Positions 50,850 to 58,888 of a stretch of DNA of 64,000 bases are shown in pieces; positions within the stretch are counted from its first letter, which is position 1, and every line of letters starts with the position of its first letter. The stretch covers positions 5,473 to 69,472 of the forward strand of contig JAEUMI010000092.1 of NCBI GenBank assembly GCA_016792825.1, written 5' to 3'. The notes under the pieces are model-generated. The model ran no database searches. It was not told the origin of the DNA and was given only the letters and a program-made list of their open reading frames with translations. The position numbers were made by a program, and so were the translations under genes. The stretch comes from Hyphomicrobiales bacterium. Lineage in GTDB: Bacteria > Pseudomonadota > Alphaproteobacteria > Rhizobiales > Aestuariivirgaceae.

Positions 50850-50878
50850 AACCTAGTGAACCACCTACTCCGAGTCAA
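50850..50878 (-). promoter_or_regulatory. Sigma-70 promoter of etfBA
   Basis: Minus strand TTGACT-N17-TAGGTT. Confidence 0.55.
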
Positions 50879-50919
50879 TTCTGCCACCGACATGCCCCAT
50901 CTGCTTGCGACGCCTTGCC

Positions 50920-51612
50920 TCAGCGGGAGGTGCGGACGAGCAGCCGTGAACGCAGCAGAAAAGTGATGGCAAGTCCTGCCACGAAGCCCCCGATATGGGC
51001 CCACCAGGCAACCTCGACTTCGGCGGACTGGTCGGTTGTGAGCACACTGAAGATCTGCAGCAGGAACCAGCCGCCCAGGACCCAAATGGCCGAAATGCGC
51101 AGCGGAATGCGGAAGAACAGCAGTATCCAGACCCGGGCCCTGGGATAGAGCAGCATATAGGCGCCGATCACACCGGACACGGCCGCCGACGCCCCAATGA
51201 GAGGGGCGGTTGACGCGGGGCTCATCAGCACATGGGCGAGGGCTCCGGCAATGCCGCAGAGCAGGTAAAACAGCACAAAGGCAAAATAACCAAAGGCGTC
51301 CTCGATGTTGTCGGCGAAGACCCAGAGGAACAGCATGTTGGAAATCAGGTGCAGCCAGCCCGCGTGGAGAAACATGTAGGTAAGAAAGGTCAGGGGTTCG
51401 GGGATGGGGCTGTATGGAATGTTCTGGGAAAAGGCAGTGGTGAGATCGGAGGGCACAACGCCAAAACTGGTGGCAACGCCTGCGAGCATGGTTTCGGACT
51501 GGAAGACGCCAGTCATGAGGAAGATGAGTATGTTGCCCGCGATGATTGTGATCGTTACAAACTGGAAGCGGATGACCTTCAGGGGCGTATCGTCATGGAG
51601 GGGGACGAACAC
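50920..51612 (-). CDS. Rhomboid intramembrane serine protease
   Basis: HAGWLHLISNM, GAS (catalytic Ser), AHIGG (catalytic His). Confidence 0.93.
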   Translation of the reverse strand: MFVPLHDDTPLKVIRFQFVTITIIAGNILIFLMTGVFQSETMLAGVATSFGVVPSDLTTAFSQNIPYSPIPEPLTFLTYMFLHAGWLHLISNMLFLWVFADNIEDAFGYFAFVLFYLLCGIAGALAHVLMSPASTAPLIGASAAVSGVIGAYMLLYPRARVWILLFFRIPLRISAIWVLGGWFLLQIFSVLTTDQSAEVEVAWWAHIGGFVAGLAITFLLRSRLLVRTSR

Positions 51613-52196
51613 TACCGGGTCTTTCCCGGTACCCAGAGGATGTCGCCGGTAGTCTTGGCATTGGCCCAGCGGCTGGCGACAAAGAAGAAGTCGGAGAGGC
51701 GGTTGATATAGGTCAGCGCTGGTTCGCTGACATGCTCTCCCTGATGGGACTTGAGCTCAACAATCAGGCGTTCGGCGCGGCGGCAGATGGTGCGCGCCAG
51801 ATGGAGATAGGCCGCCGCCACGTGGCCGCCGGGCAGGACAAACGAGCGCAATGGGTCGAGGTCGTGGTTGAGGTCGTCTATCTCGCTTTCCAGGCGCTCC
51901 ACCTGCTTTGGCAATATGCGCAAAGGTTCGTAGGTCAGTTTCTCGCCGGTATCGGGAACGCAGAGGTCGGCGCCGAGATCAAAGAGTTCGTTCTGAATGC
52001 GAGCCAGCATGGCATCGAGTTTGGCAAAAGCCTCAGTGCTGGTTTGAAGTCTGACAATTCCCACAACCGCATTGGTTTCATCAACCGTGCCATAGGCCTG
52101 AATGCGGAGATGGGCCTTGGAAACGCGGGTACCCGAGCCCAAGGCCGTGTCGCCCTTGTCGCCGGTGCGGGTGTAGATGCGGTTGAGTACGACCAT
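51612..52196 (-). CDS. pduO: ATP:cob(I)alamin adenosyltransferase (PduO type)
   Basis: IYTRTGDKG, YGTVDETN, QNELFDLGAD, CRRAER, INRLSD. Confidence 0.95.
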   Translation of the reverse strand: MVVLNRIYTRTGDKGDTALGSGTRVSKAHLRIQAYGTVDETNAVVGIVRLQTSTEAFAKLDAMLARIQNELFDLGADLCVPDTGEKLTYEPLRILPKQVERLESEIDDLNHDLDPLRSFVLPGGHVAAAYLHLARTICRRAERLIVELKSHQGEHVSEPALTYINRLSDFFFVASRWANAKTTGDILWVPGKTR

Positions 52197-52228
52197 GGCC
52201 TCTGAGTAGCGTGAACCGCCCCCAATTT

Positions 52229-54751
52229 CTACTCGTTTCTTAGAATCGGCGCGGGCTTTGCGGCGAGTGCTGCCCAGGTCACCAGAAGACCGGCGGCAAT
52301 GGTGATGAGCATGGCGAGAAGAGCCGTGGTGGCGGCCACGATGAAGGAGAAGCTCCACGGCATGTCCAGAATCCAGGTGGCAAGGAACCAGGAACCGAGC
52401 GAGCCTACGGCAACTCCAAAAATGGCGGCGGCGAGCCCCAGTATGGCATATTCGATGATGAAGGCGCCCATGAGCTGGGCCCGCGAGGCGCCATAGGTTT
52501 TCAGGACCACCGCGTCATAAATGCGGTTTGAAAGTCCGGCGGCAAGTGCTCCGGCGAGGACCAGAATTCCGGTCAGCAAGGTCAGGGCGTTGGCACCGCG
52601 GATTGCGCCGAGCATTTTTCCGAGAAGTTCGCTGACCGTCGCCAGAGCTTCCTTGACGCGCACGGCGGTAACGGAGGGAAATTCGCGCGCCATGCCGTTC
52701 AGCAGCCTTGCTTCGTCGCCGCCTTCCATCTCAATGGTGACGACATGGCTGTGGGGGGCGGACTTCAAAGTGTTGGGTGAAAACACCATGACGAAGTTGA
52801 TGCCCATGGTACGCCAATTCACATCGCGGAAGTTGGCCACCTTTGCGGTGACCTCGCGGCCCAGCACATTCACGGTGACACTGTCACCGATTTTCAAACC
52901 GATGTCCTGGGCAACTCCGCTGACAAACGAGACAAGGGGCGGGCCGTTATAATCTTTCTCCCACCACTCCCCTTGCACCAGCACGGAGCCTTCAGGCAAG
53001 GCTTCGGAATAGGTGAGGCCGCGGTCGCCGCGGAGCGCCCAGCCGCTGTCACCCTGGGACCGTACCTTATCGGCGGGGGTATCACCGATGCGGGCGATGC
53101 GGCCGCGCAGCATGGGGGCGTTGGCAACGTCCTTAACGCCGTCGAATTTCTTCGCGGCTTCGGCAAAGGCGGGAAGCTGCTCATTCCTGACATCGAGGAA
53201 GAAAAAGGCAGGAGCCTTTTCCGGAATGCCGGCGCGCAATTCCTTGCTGATGGTTTGGTCGGTCAGGGCGAGGGTAACAAAGAGGGTAAGGCCCAGGCCG
53301 AGCGCGAGGATGACGGAAACCGCCGATGAACCGGGGCGGTAAAGGTTGGCGATGGCGTAGCGCCAGATCGCGTTTCTGGGCTTTGGAATTTTTTCTGCGA
53401 GCTTGATGATGGCAAAGGCGAGGCCCAGTAAAATCACGAAGCTCGCCAGCAGACCGCCAAGGTAATAGGCGGTGGCGCGCTGGTTTTCGAAACTTAGAAA
53501 TATCAAGGCGGCGATACAGGCGAGGGCTGCCGCAATGCTTGCGAGATAGGGCCAGCGGGGAAAGCCATAGAGATGCACGATGCGGTGGCGGAACAGGGCG
53601 GAGGCCGGAATCCGGTGGGTTCGGGCAAGAGGCCAGATTGAAAAGGCAATGGTCACTAGCAGGCCAAGGGCTACCGTCAAAGCCAGGGGCGCAAGTTCGA
53701 TTTGCGTTGTGAGGGGTAACGGCAGAAAATTCTGCAGGAAGGTATGGGCGATAATAGGGGTTGCAGCCCCCGCTGCGAGGCCGATGGCGATGCCGAGAAA
53801 AGCCACAGCCAGGATTTCGGTGAGATAGATGGCGAAGACATCCCGGGCAGGTGCGCCCAGGCATTTCAGGGTTGCGATGGTGCCTATGCGGCGATCAACA
53901 AAGGCGGACACCGCGTTGGCTATGCCGGCGCCGCCGACAATGAGCGAGGTCAGTCCCACGAGCGTGAGGAAATAGGAAAGCCGCTCGACAAAATTTTCCG
54001 CCCCCTGGGCGGCCCGGTCGCGGGAGCGCAATTGCCAGCCGGCATCGGGAAACTGCTCTCTCGCTTTCGTGACGAGATTACGGGCGGCCTGGAGGCTCTG
54101 ATCATTTTCAAGTTTCACGCGGTAGCGATAGGTGACGAGGCTGCCGGGCTGGATGAGGCCGGTTGCCTTAAGCGCATCTTCGCTCATCAGCAGGCGTGGG
54201 CCCAGGATGAAACCGTCGGATATGCGATCGGGCTCGGTGGTAATGATGCCACGTATGGCAACCTCGAGCGTGCCGACTTTGATGCTGTCGCCCAGCTTTA
54301 CGCCGAGCCGTCCCAGAAGCAGAGGATCTGCAGCCACACCGTGAGCGCCATCCTGAAAGGCGGTTGCATTTTGCAGCGAGCCGTTGTTTTCGAGAATGAT
54401 CCGGCCGTAAAGCGGATAGGCGGTATCGGTTGCCTTTATCTCGACCAGTGTTGTTGTGTCGGGGGCTATGGCCATGGCGCGCAGTGTCGCCACTTTGCTG
54501 ACAGTGCCGTTGCGTTCAATAAAGTTCAGTTCGGCTTGGGTTGCTTCGCGGTGGATAAGGGAAAACTCGACATCGCCGCCGAGCAGGGGCTGGCCCTGTT
54601 CGTCGAGCCCCCGTTCAATGGAGGCTGAGAGGGAGCCGATAATGGCGATGGCGGCCGTACCTAAAGTGAGGCAGGTGAGAAAAATCCAGAAACCCTGCAG
54701 GCCTGAACGCAAGTCTCGGGCGGCGAAACGGAGCCAAAGCGCGACATTCAT
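52229..54751 (-). CDS. ABC transporter permease (YbbP-like, double FtsX domain)
   Basis: 840 aa, RDLRSG, ATLKCLGA, RGDRGLTY, VLKTYGA. Confidence 0.9.
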   Translation of the reverse strand: MNVALWLRFAARDLRSGLQGFWIFLTCLTLGTAAIAIIGSLSASIERGLDEQGQPLLGGDVEFSLIHREATQAELNFIERNGTVSKVATLRAMAIAPDTTTLVEIKATDTAYPLYGRIILENNGSLQNATAFQDGAHGVAADPLLLGRLGVKLGDSIKVGTLEVAIRGIITTEPDRISDGFILGPRLLMSEDALKATGLIQPGSLVTYRYRVKLENDQSLQAARNLVTKAREQFPDAGWQLRSRDRAAQGAENFVERLSYFLTLVGLTSLIVGGAGIANAVSAFVDRRIGTIATLKCLGAPARDVFAIYLTEILAVAFLGIAIGLAAGAATPIIAHTFLQNFLPLPLTTQIELAPLALTVALGLLVTIAFSIWPLARTHRIPASALFRHRIVHLYGFPRWPYLASIAAALACIAALIFLSFENQRATAYYLGGLLASFVILLGLAFAIIKLAEKIPKPRNAIWRYAIANLYRPGSSAVSVILALGLGLTLFVTLALTDQTISKELRAGIPEKAPAFFFLDVRNEQLPAFAEAAKKFDGVKDVANAPMLRGRIARIGDTPADKVRSQGDSGWALRGDRGLTYSEALPEGSVLVQGEWWEKDYNGPPLVSFVSGVAQDIGLKIGDSVTVNVLGREVTAKVANFRDVNWRTMGINFVMVFSPNTLKSAPHSHVVTIEMEGGDEARLLNGMAREFPSVTAVRVKEALATVSELLGKMLGAIRGANALTLLTGILVLAGALAAGLSNRIYDAVVLKTYGASRAQLMGAFIIEYAILGLAAAIFGVAVGSLGSWFLATWILDMPWSFSFIVAATTALLAMLITIAAGLLVTWAALAAKPAPILRNE

Positions 54752-55443
54752 GGATGATTGCCGGAAATGACCTTGCCGTCGCGCACTTCGGCGATGCGGT
54801 CACAGCGCTTGGCCAGGGCGCGGTCATGGGTGATCAACAGCAGCGAGGCACTTTCCTGCTCTTTCAGTTCGAAGAGCAGCTTGATGATCTGTTCGCCGGT
54901 TTCCTGATCGAGATTTCCGGTGGGTTCATCGGCAAGCAGGATCCGGGCACCTGAGGCAAGGGCCCGGGCGATGGCAACGCGCTGCTGCTCGCCGCCTGAT
55001 AGCTGACCGGGATAATGGGACAGCCGATGGGCGAGGCCCACACGTTTCAATTTTTCTTCCGCCATCTGCATGGCATTGGCGACACCTTTGAATTCAAGCG
55101 GCACGGACACATTCTCAAGGGCGGTCATGGTGGGAATAAGATGGAAGGACTGAAAAATGATACCGATGGTGTCGCGCCGGAAGGCGGCGAGGGCATCTTC
55201 ATTCTTGTCCTTCAACGAAGTGCCCGCGACTTCAAGGGTGCCGGCGGTGGCGCGCTCAAGGCCGGCAATGAGCATGAGCAGGGATGTCTTGCCCGATCCC
55301 GATGGGCCCACAATGCCGATGGCCTCGCCGGCGTTGACGCTGAGGTCAACGCCTCTCAGGATTTCGACGTTTCCGGCACGGCTGGGGAGGGTGAGGGTGA
55401 TATTTTTTAGGAGAACGGCGGATTGGGTCATGGGCCTACACAT
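54748..55443 (-). CDS. ABC transporter ATP-binding protein (YbbA-like)
   Basis: GPSGSGKT, LSGGEQQR, ADEPTGNLD. Confidence 0.93.
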   Translation of the reverse strand: MCRPMTQSAVLLKNITLTLPSRAGNVEILRGVDLSVNAGEAIGIVGPSGSGKTSLLMLIAGLERATAGTLEVAGTSLKDKNEDALAAFRRDTIGIIFQSFHLIPTMTALENVSVPLEFKGVANAMQMAEEKLKRVGLAHRLSHYPGQLSGGEQQRVAIARALASGARILLADEPTGNLDQETGEQIIKLLFELKEQESASLLLITHDRALAKRCDRIAEVRDGKVISGNHP

Positions 55444-55448
55444 GGGAG

Positions 55449-56138
55449 ATGGGTCACGGTTTGTCGAGTTTCTTCAGCTTGAGACTTGAACGCCGAACCC
55501 CTATCTCAGGAGCCATGCTTAGAATTCTAGCACTTGCTGTCATTCTCCTGTTTTCCGTTCACGCGGCTCTTGCCAAGCCGGTTACGCTTCTGGTGCTGGG
55601 CGACAGCCTCACCGCGGGCCTTGGGCTTGAACTGAGAGACGCCTTTCCGGCAAAGCTGGAGGCGGCACTTAAGCCCCGCTTTCCCGACCTCACAGTTATA
55701 AACGCCGGGGTTTCCGGTGATACAGCCGCCGATGGGCTGGCCCGGCTGGACTGGGCGCTGACTGATGAGGTAGGTGGCCTGATCGTCGGACTGGGCGCCA
55801 ATGATGCGCTGCGCGGGCTCGATGTTGTGCAAACGGAAACAGCGCTGGACGGAATCCTGGCCAAGGCCGGGGCGCGAAACTTGCCGACGCTGGTTCTCGG
55901 CATGAAGGCTCCGCCAAACATGGGACCCGAATACGTGGCGCGCTTTGACGGGCTTTTCCCGCGGCTGGCGGAAAAGCACAATGTGCTGCTTTATCCGTTT
56001 TTTCTTGATGGCGTCGCCGCCAATGCCAGCCTCAACCAGGCCGATGGCATTCATCCCAATGCCTCGGGCGTTGACGCGATTGTGATGAAAGTCCTGGCCA
56101 AAGTTGAGGAATTGATAGGAAAAGTATCGGCAAAATAG
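55449..56138 (+). CDS. tesA: Arylesterase / acyl-CoA thioesterase (TesA, SGNH)
   Basis: GDSL, GANDALRG, DGIHPN; divergent from ybbA-ybbP; true start probably a little downstream. Confidence 0.9.
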   Translation: MGHGLSSFFSLRLERRTPISGAMLRILALAVILLFSVHAALAKPVTLLVLGDSLTAGLGLELRDAFPAKLEAALKPRFPDLTVINAGVSGDTAADGLARLDWALTDEVGGLIVGLGANDALRGLDVVQTETALDGILAKAGARNLPTLVLGMKAPPNMGPEYVARFDGLFPRLAEKHNVLLYPFFLDGVAANASLNQADGIHPNASGVDAIVMKVLAKVEELIGKVSAK

Positions 56139-56216
56139 GACTTGGCAAAAGTCCGAATCACGTTAGCTTGTTGCCGAGCGTTCCGAGTCACCCTTATTTT
56201 CAGAAGGATGCCCGCC

Positions 56217-56759
56217 ATGCCACGACTGTTTACCGGCGTTGAAATTCCCACCGATGTTTCCTTTGACCTTGAAATCATGAAGGGGGGCATCATCGGAGCC
56301 CGCTGGTTAGACAGGGAAATTTTTCATATCACCTTGCGGTTTATCGGCGATATTGACGCGACCCTTGCCCGTGAAATCGCCTATGAGCTTGACGGGGTCG
56401 AGGCGCGGCCTTTTTCGCTGCGGCTGAAAGGCATTGACGTGATGGGGGGCAACAAGCCCCATACGCTTTTTGCCGGAATAGAGGAAAGTGCCGAATTGCG
56501 GCGGCTGCAATCCATCCACGAACGGATTGCCCAGGTGCTGGGGCTTCCGGCTGAGCAGCGGAAATTTGTGCCCCACGTTTCACTGGCGCGGCTCAAGGAG
56601 CCGGACCTGCATGGACTGCACCGCTTCGTGGCCTCCCACAACCTCTACCGGAGCCGGATGTTCGAAGTTGACCGCTTTGTGCTGTTCTCGTCGCGGCCGA
56701 CGCGGGGCGGCGGGCCCTATGCAGTGGAGGAATCCTACGACCTGCAAGCGGCGCAATGA
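56217..56759 (+). CDS. thpR: RNA 2',3'-cyclic phosphodiesterase
   Basis: MPRLF, FHITLRF and FVPHVSLAR (two Hx[T/S] motifs). Confidence 0.93.
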   Translation: MPRLFTGVEIPTDVSFDLEIMKGGIIGARWLDREIFHITLRFIGDIDATLAREIAYELDGVEARPFSLRLKGIDVMGGNKPHTLFAGIEESAELRRLQSIHERIAQVLGLPAEQRKFVPHVSLARLKEPDLHGLHRFVASHNLYRSRMFEVDRFVLFSSRPTRGGGPYAVEESYDLQAAQ

Positions 56760-57049
56760 CCGACAAACTCCTGGTGGGCGCGCCACGAGCCAAAATCGTC
56801 GCTGCACTTGACGGCTGGTCGGAAGCCAAGGGGCGGGACGCCATTGTCAAAACCTTCCAGTTCAAGTCCTTCAGCCAAGCCTGGGGCTGGATGAGCCGGG
56901 TGGCGCTTCTGGCGGAAAAGATGGACCACCACCCGGAATGGGTTAACGTGTATGGCCGGGTAGATGTTACGCTTTCCACCCATTCGGCGGGGGGCGTTAC
57001 GGAAAAGGATATTGCACTGGCGCGTAAAATGGATGCATTTGCCCATTAA
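56756..57049 (+). CDS. phhB: Pterin-4a-carbinolamine dehydratase
   Basis: [22 protein letters not shown] catalytic motif. Confidence 0.94.
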   Translation: MTDKLLVGAPRAKIVAALDGWSEAKGRDAIVKTFQFKSFSQAWGWMSRVALLAEKMDHHPEWVNVYGRVDVTLSTHSAGGVTEKDIALARKMDAFAH

Positions 57050-57068
57050 TTCAGTTACAAGACAGTAA

Positions 57069-57097
57069 CTTGACGAAGGGGTGGGTCCTCCCCATAT
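57069..57097 (+). promoter_or_regulatory. RpoH promoter of yccA
   Basis: CTTGAC-N15-CCCCATAT, nearly the sigma-32 consensus. Confidence 0.75.
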
Positions 57098-57128
57098 TTG
57101 GCCCAAGTTGTTTCTGGAGGAGACCTAA

Positions 57129-57851
57129 ATGGCCGACACAAGATATCAAACCCAGGTGCGTACGGGCGCCCGGACCCAAATTGACGAGGGTCTGCGCTCG
57201 TACATGTTGGGTGTTTACAACTATATGGCGCTGGGCGTCGCTTTCACCGCCATCATCGTCATGGCGGTTGCGGCCAATCCGGCTGCGCTCGCCGCAGTTT
57301 ATTCCCTGAAATGGGTGTTTTTCATCGCCACATTGGGCTTGGGCTTCTTTGCTCCCCGGCTGATTTTTTCCGGCAATACGGCCTTGGCGCATGCGGCTTA
57401 CTGGGGCTATTGCGCCCTCTGGGGCCTGATGATTGCGCCAATGGTAGGCCACTACCTGGGACTTGATTCCAGCATGGTCTACCGGGCTTTCCTGATCTCG
57501 GCGGCGACCTTTGGCGCCACGAGCCTGGCTGGCTATGTCACAAAGCGTGATCTTTCAGGCTTTGGGGCGTTTTTCATGATGGCCGCCATCGGCATCATCA
57601 TTGCCATGCTGGTCAACGTGTTCTTCATGCAGAGCACCTTGTTCAGCCTGATCACCTCGATCGTCACCGTTCTCCTGTTCGCAGGCATTACGGCCTACGA
57701 GACCCAGATGATCAAGGAAATGTATGTGGAAGGCGACGCGGTTGGCGTTGCCAAAGGCAAGTCTATTTTCGGCGCCTTTGCCCTCTATGGCAGCTTTGTC
57801 ACCCTGTTTGTTCACATCCTGAACATCCTGGGCATCATGGGCCGCGAATAA
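57129..57851 (+). CDS. Bax inhibitor-1 / YccA family membrane protein
   Basis: IDEGLRSYMLGVYNYM, TKRDLS, AYETQ.IK, LYGSFVTLF. Confidence 0.94.
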   Translation: MADTRYQTQVRTGARTQIDEGLRSYMLGVYNYMALGVAFTAIIVMAVAANPAALAAVYSLKWVFFIATLGLGFFAPRLIFSGNTALAHAAYWGYCALWGLMIAPMVGHYLGLDSSMVYRAFLISAATFGATSLAGYVTKRDLSGFGAFFMMAAIGIIIAMLVNVFFMQSTLFSLITSIVTVLLFAGITAYETQMIKEMYVEGDAVGVAKGKSIFGAFALYGSFVTLFVHILNILGIMGRE

Positions 57852-57873
57852 GCTCTTCAGGGTATTGAGTTTG

Positions 57874-57904
57874 AAAACCCCGGGTGGAAACACCCGGGGT
57901 TTTT
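57874..57904. terminator. Bidirectional intrinsic terminator
   Basis: Perfect 13-bp stem AAAACCCCGGGTG-GAAA-CACCCGGGGTTTT between the convergent yccA and DUF2794 genes. Confidence 0.9.
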
Positions 57905-58285
57905 CTATGTGGTGGCAAGCTGCGGTTTCTTGACGAGCACACGCAGGACCTGGGCCAGATCATGGCCGCGCTTCAGGATAAGCCCGCCCTGGGCGATGAC
58001 GGCATAGAGCCCCTGTTTGCGGGCCAGCGCCGGGTTCTTCACAATGCGGTAGAGGGGCACCTCGCTGGTGCGGCGGAATATTGAAAAGGTTGCAACTTCG
58101 CGGCCGAAATCCATGGCGTAGTCGCGCCAATCGCCTTGCGCGACGTGCCTGCCGTAGAGGTTAAGAATCAGGTTTAACTCTTTGCGGTCAAAGGCAATTT
58201 GGGAAGGGCCACTGGTCCCCGGGCCTGGGGTCCCTCGTCCGGTTTCGGACCGAGGGAATGGAATTATGGGTTCCCCGTCACTCAA
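57905..58285 (-). CDS. DUF2794 family protein
   Basis: FDRKELNLILNLYGR.VAQG.WRDYA, GLILKRGHDL; TTG start with GGAG RBS. Confidence 0.9.
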   Translation of the reverse strand: MSDGEPIIPFPRSETGRGTPGPGTSGPSQIAFDRKELNLILNLYGRHVAQGDWRDYAMDFGREVATFSIFRRTSEVPLYRIVKNPALARKQGLYAVIAQGGLILKRGHDLAQVLRVLVKKPQLATT

Positions 58286-58669
58286 ACGTCGTATCTCCGT
58301 CCTTTGTGAAGGGCAATGATGAACCGAGCCGGGGTCATTGGCAAGCGGTTCGATCAGTTTCCCCGCCGCCACGGGGGTATCCGATTGTCATTTTTTGCTC
58401 TGGCGAATCAGTCCCGGGTTAAGGCGATCGCGTCTTGTCCGCTTCGAGACCCGGCACTCTCCCCACCCGCCGCTTCAGGGGTCCAGAAAATTCCGCGCTC
58501 TGCCGGACCTGGCAGAGGGATTCCGGGCCATTCTTCATGCAATTGTCGCTCTCCCGTTATGGAATGCTGTTCAGTTTTGCGGGCAGCCTGCAGGTATGTC
58601 GTGCGTATAGATTTCGCAGTTTTGCCGCAATTACGGCAAGTCTTCGCCAAGATGGAGGTAAATATTCCC

Positions 58670-58824
58670 CTCGTTGCCTCTAAGGCCCGGCTGGAGTTGA
58701 GCATCGGAATCTCAGCCCCCCAGCCCCCCGGAGCTTATGATCTGGCCGGGCCCCCCAATCGAAGCGTTTGTTTGTGAAGCGTTAGAGTGTAATTCGCGGC
58801 CGGTTCACCCCGGCCGCTTTTTTT
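58670..58824 (+). ncRNA. Candidate structured small RNA with C-rich tracts
   Basis: 12-bp stem 58684-95/58741-52 enclosing hairpin 58696-716 and CCCCCCAGCCCCCC, then its own terminator; 5' end is a guess. Confidence 0.5.
58796..58824 (+). terminator. Intrinsic terminator upstream of htpG
   Basis: GCGGCCGG-TTCACC-CCGGCCGC followed by T7. Confidence 0.85.
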
Positions 58825-58833
58825 ATGCCCGGG

Positions 58834-58863
58834 CTTGACCAAAGGGGCGGGCTAGCCAATATC
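58834..58863 (+). promoter_or_regulatory. Probable RpoH promoter of htpG
   Basis: CTTGAC-N16-CCAATATC. Confidence 0.6.
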
Positions 58864-58888
58864 GCTTTCAGGTTAACGAGGGGCTGAA

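Noticed and set aside
58316-58777. ORFs 58316..58777 (+) and 58408..58704 (-)
   Set aside because: No RBS or recognisable motifs; they overlap each other and the structured RNA candidate
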